Positions 61,601 to 64,000 of a stretch of 64,000 nt of DNA are shown here, one piece after another. A model generated the notes under the pieces. The model saw only the letters and a list, made by a program, of their open reading frames with translations, had not been told where the DNA came from and searched no databases. Within the stretch, counting starts at the first letter, position 1. Each line of letters starts with the position of its first letter. The stretch lies in assembly GCA_973895155.1 (NCBI GenBank), contig OZ316896.1, forward strand, positions 186,001 to 250,000, in the 5' to 3' direction. Made by a program: the position numbers and the translations under genes. Origin of the DNA: Marsupella aquatica (Eukaryota > Plantae > Marchantiophyta).

Positions 61601-63306
61601 TCTTTCTCCAATAGTTTCAGCAGACTCTGCATGCCTGGTTGCTGCATCGGCAAGTCCTCCTTCCTGGGCCTAAACACCTGCTCGATCGTAGGACTAACAG
61701 GTGGTTGAGGCTTCTCAGCCAACGGCCTCGGCGTTGGAGCTTCCTCGGGTGCCCTTACCTGCAGGGGAAGTACCGGGGCAAAAGTCTGACCTCTGGCATA
61801 CCGGCACAACAGCGGCATGTGATAGCCAAGCCGCGACACGCTCCCCATGCCGATTACCTGCTGCTCCTCCTTTAAGATCTTCTTCAATTGGTTGAGGAGG
61901 TACCCGTTGTAGTCCCGGCTTGGGTCTGGCCTTTCTGCCAGATAGACCTGTGCCTTGCCGATCTCTGCCCTCGGCAAGTTACAATGCATGGTCACCCGCA
62001 AGAAGTCGATCATCTCTCCTATGTGCGGGTTGGTGCAGGTGTTCCGGAAGAAGCCATTCTTCGTTGATGGCCCGGGGAACGACCGGAACTCCTTGTCAGG
62101 CAAGGTCTTCCTGGTATCAACTTTGGTCTTATTGCCTATCGGCAAGCCAAACACTTCGGCAATTACCTTGGGAGTAAGATAGAAATCCTTCCCTATATCC
62201 TCGTGCAATTGGTCTCGGGTTCCCATGACCCCACGAATTCTAATAGGTCTGACTCCGGTACCTCCGGCTTCAGCCATGGTAATCTTACAAAGGCCTCCAA
62301 GCCGGATCCGGCCATGAAGCCTTGGTACTTCTTGGTCTGCATGGCCGTAAAGCATGCATCCTCCTCCCGTGCAAAATGTAGTTGCACCTCCACCGGTAGG
62401 GTTGCCGCCCAGCCCTTCCAGGTGTCATCCCTGGTTGGAATGGCCTTGATGGGATCGACCTCCTCCTCTTCGGCTTCTCCCTGCCTCCTGCTCTGCTGCT
62501 CGGCTGGCCTCTTTGGTGCCGCCGACCTCGTTCTTTTTGCCGGGGTGGCTTCATCGTTGACGGCCCCCTTCTTCTTCATCTCTGCTGCCGTGGAGGTTTC
62601 TCCTAGCACCGTTGCCCGGGTCCACCTTTCCGTGCTACCCTTTAATTCCCAGTGTATGTCGTTGCAGTTCTTGATGGCCTCTCGGATGCCGACGACGCTG
62701 TCTTTGCAAAACAGAAGATCGTCGAGTTGATTGGAAGTAGGCGTCCACAGGAACTCGTCCTTGATGAGTTTGCCTCCTAAGAAAGCCGTCTTGTGCAGCT
62801 CCCACAATCGAGCGAGCTCCTGCCGTTCTCAAGCTGCCCTTTCTGACTCCTCGTCCTCGTAAGTCTTGATGTACTCAGTTGCCCGTTCGAACAGGCATCC
62901 CCAAAAATGTGCCGCTTGATTGACGTTGCTCATACCCTCCTTAGGTCGATCGTCGGTATCTACTCTCTCCCCGAGTGCTTGCCTAAGCAGCTGACAGTAG
63001 TTGGCCTCCCGTAGTCGTCTGCCTAGTTCGTGCTCGCAAATGAGCCACCATCTCCTGCAAGCGCTCCTTACCCCTCTCCTCTGCCGGTCCTTCTTCCCGT
63101 TGATCCTTCCTAGCCGCCGACGCTTAACGCGCCCTAACCCTAATCGGGTTTTCACCCTCAGCCTTACCTCCGGCCTCTGCCCGGGTTCCATGGTTGCCCC
63201 TAATTGTTTATATTTTCCTTGTTTTGTCACTATACTAAGGTGTTCCTAGGGTGCCTTCCTGCTTTACCCACTTAACCGGCCGAGTGATTCCTGTCTAGGC
63301 ATCACA
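58681..63306 (-). repeat. Complete 4,626-bp 3' LTR (subfamily B) of an element continuing beyond the window
   Basis: TGTGGTGCG...GGCATCACA adjoining the PPT and integrase end; left flank GACAT is the predicted TSD. Confidence 0.95.
59593..63191 (-). pseudogene. LTR-encoded large ORF, near-complete copy (stops at 62829 and 60682, 1-bp frameshift at ~62195)
   Basis: MEPG.. (63191) is in frame with MSNVNQ (62933); pieces 62193..62807, 60682..62355 and 59593..60681. Confidence 0.88.
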
Positions 63307-64000
63307 TAGCTCCCCACTTAATTGTGAAGCGTCCTCGCGAACAACTTCATCTTCGTCCATATAGTATTTCTTGAGGCGGTCATAATGGATGCGAACTGGA
63401 TATACTTCTCCCGTAATGTTGGCCAATTGTACGGAGCCATTGGGGAACATCATGGTTACTCTAAAGGGTCCTAACCAGCGAGTGTAAAGCTTTCCTGGAA
63501 ACCTACTATACCTACTGTCATAAAGTAGCACAAGATCACCGGTATGAATACTAACTACTTTTAACCTTTTATCATACTGCTGCTTCATGATATTGTCTAT
63601 ATTCTACTCTCTCGGCTGAAATCATTCTCGCTTCCTCTAAAGCTTCTAACCTATATTCTCGCTCCTTTAGGCTCTCCTCCGCTGAGGCTCTTTCCTCAAT
63701 TGTAACTTGAAATGTCGGTATCTCAAGTTGCATGGGTACCAGGGCTTCTTGTCCAAAGGTTAAGAAGAAGGGTGTATGACCGGTAGTGGATTTATAGGCA
63801 AGATTGTAAGCAAAAACAGCAGCAAACAATTTATCATCCCAATCGAGTTTGTTCTGAGCTACTGTCTTGTTCAATATCTTTCCTATGATTCCGTTTGCTC
63901 GTTCTGTCAACCCGTTTGCCTTTGGATGGTAGGGAGTAGTAGGCCTATGTTTAACTAAATACTGCTCATTTAAACGACTAATTATATCATTCAAAAAATG
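63295..64000 (-). pseudogene. pol: Integrase C-terminal part of a second gypsy element of the family
   Basis: PYHPKANGLTERANG, WLGPFRV; near-identical to 24736-25440; frameshift at ~63590. Confidence 0.93.

Overview
Eukaryotic, land-plant-type (probably non-seed plant; inferred from style only), TE-saturated 64 kb with no clearly intact host gene. Bases 1-17457 are the right-hand part of a large CACTA/En-Spm transposon. It has a disrupted TnpD-type transposase, a multi-exon TnpA-like gene and a right TIR, and it carries cargo: an intact EDM2-type composite PHD ORF, an intact tandem-BRCT ORF, a Cys/His-rich ORF and an RPL18a fragment. Bases 17.5-21 kb are long tandem duplications. Bases 21-64 kb are a nest of Ty3/gypsy (Athila/Phygy-like non-chromovirus) elements. 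The most striking feature is a family whose ~4.6-4.7 kb LTR itself encodes a ~1,100-1,200 aa protein with NLS-like motifs and a long coiled coil. The LTR boundaries are fixed by TG..CA ends, PBS, PPT and two solo LTRs with perfect 5-bp TSDs. There are five young LTR copies plus an old diverged relative with protein-level conservation. Also present: solo LTRs of other families, a MITE, a LINE 3' end, a DGNHR (ParB-like) fragment, a second CACTA left end and an N6AMT1/HemK2 fragment interrupted by an LTR.
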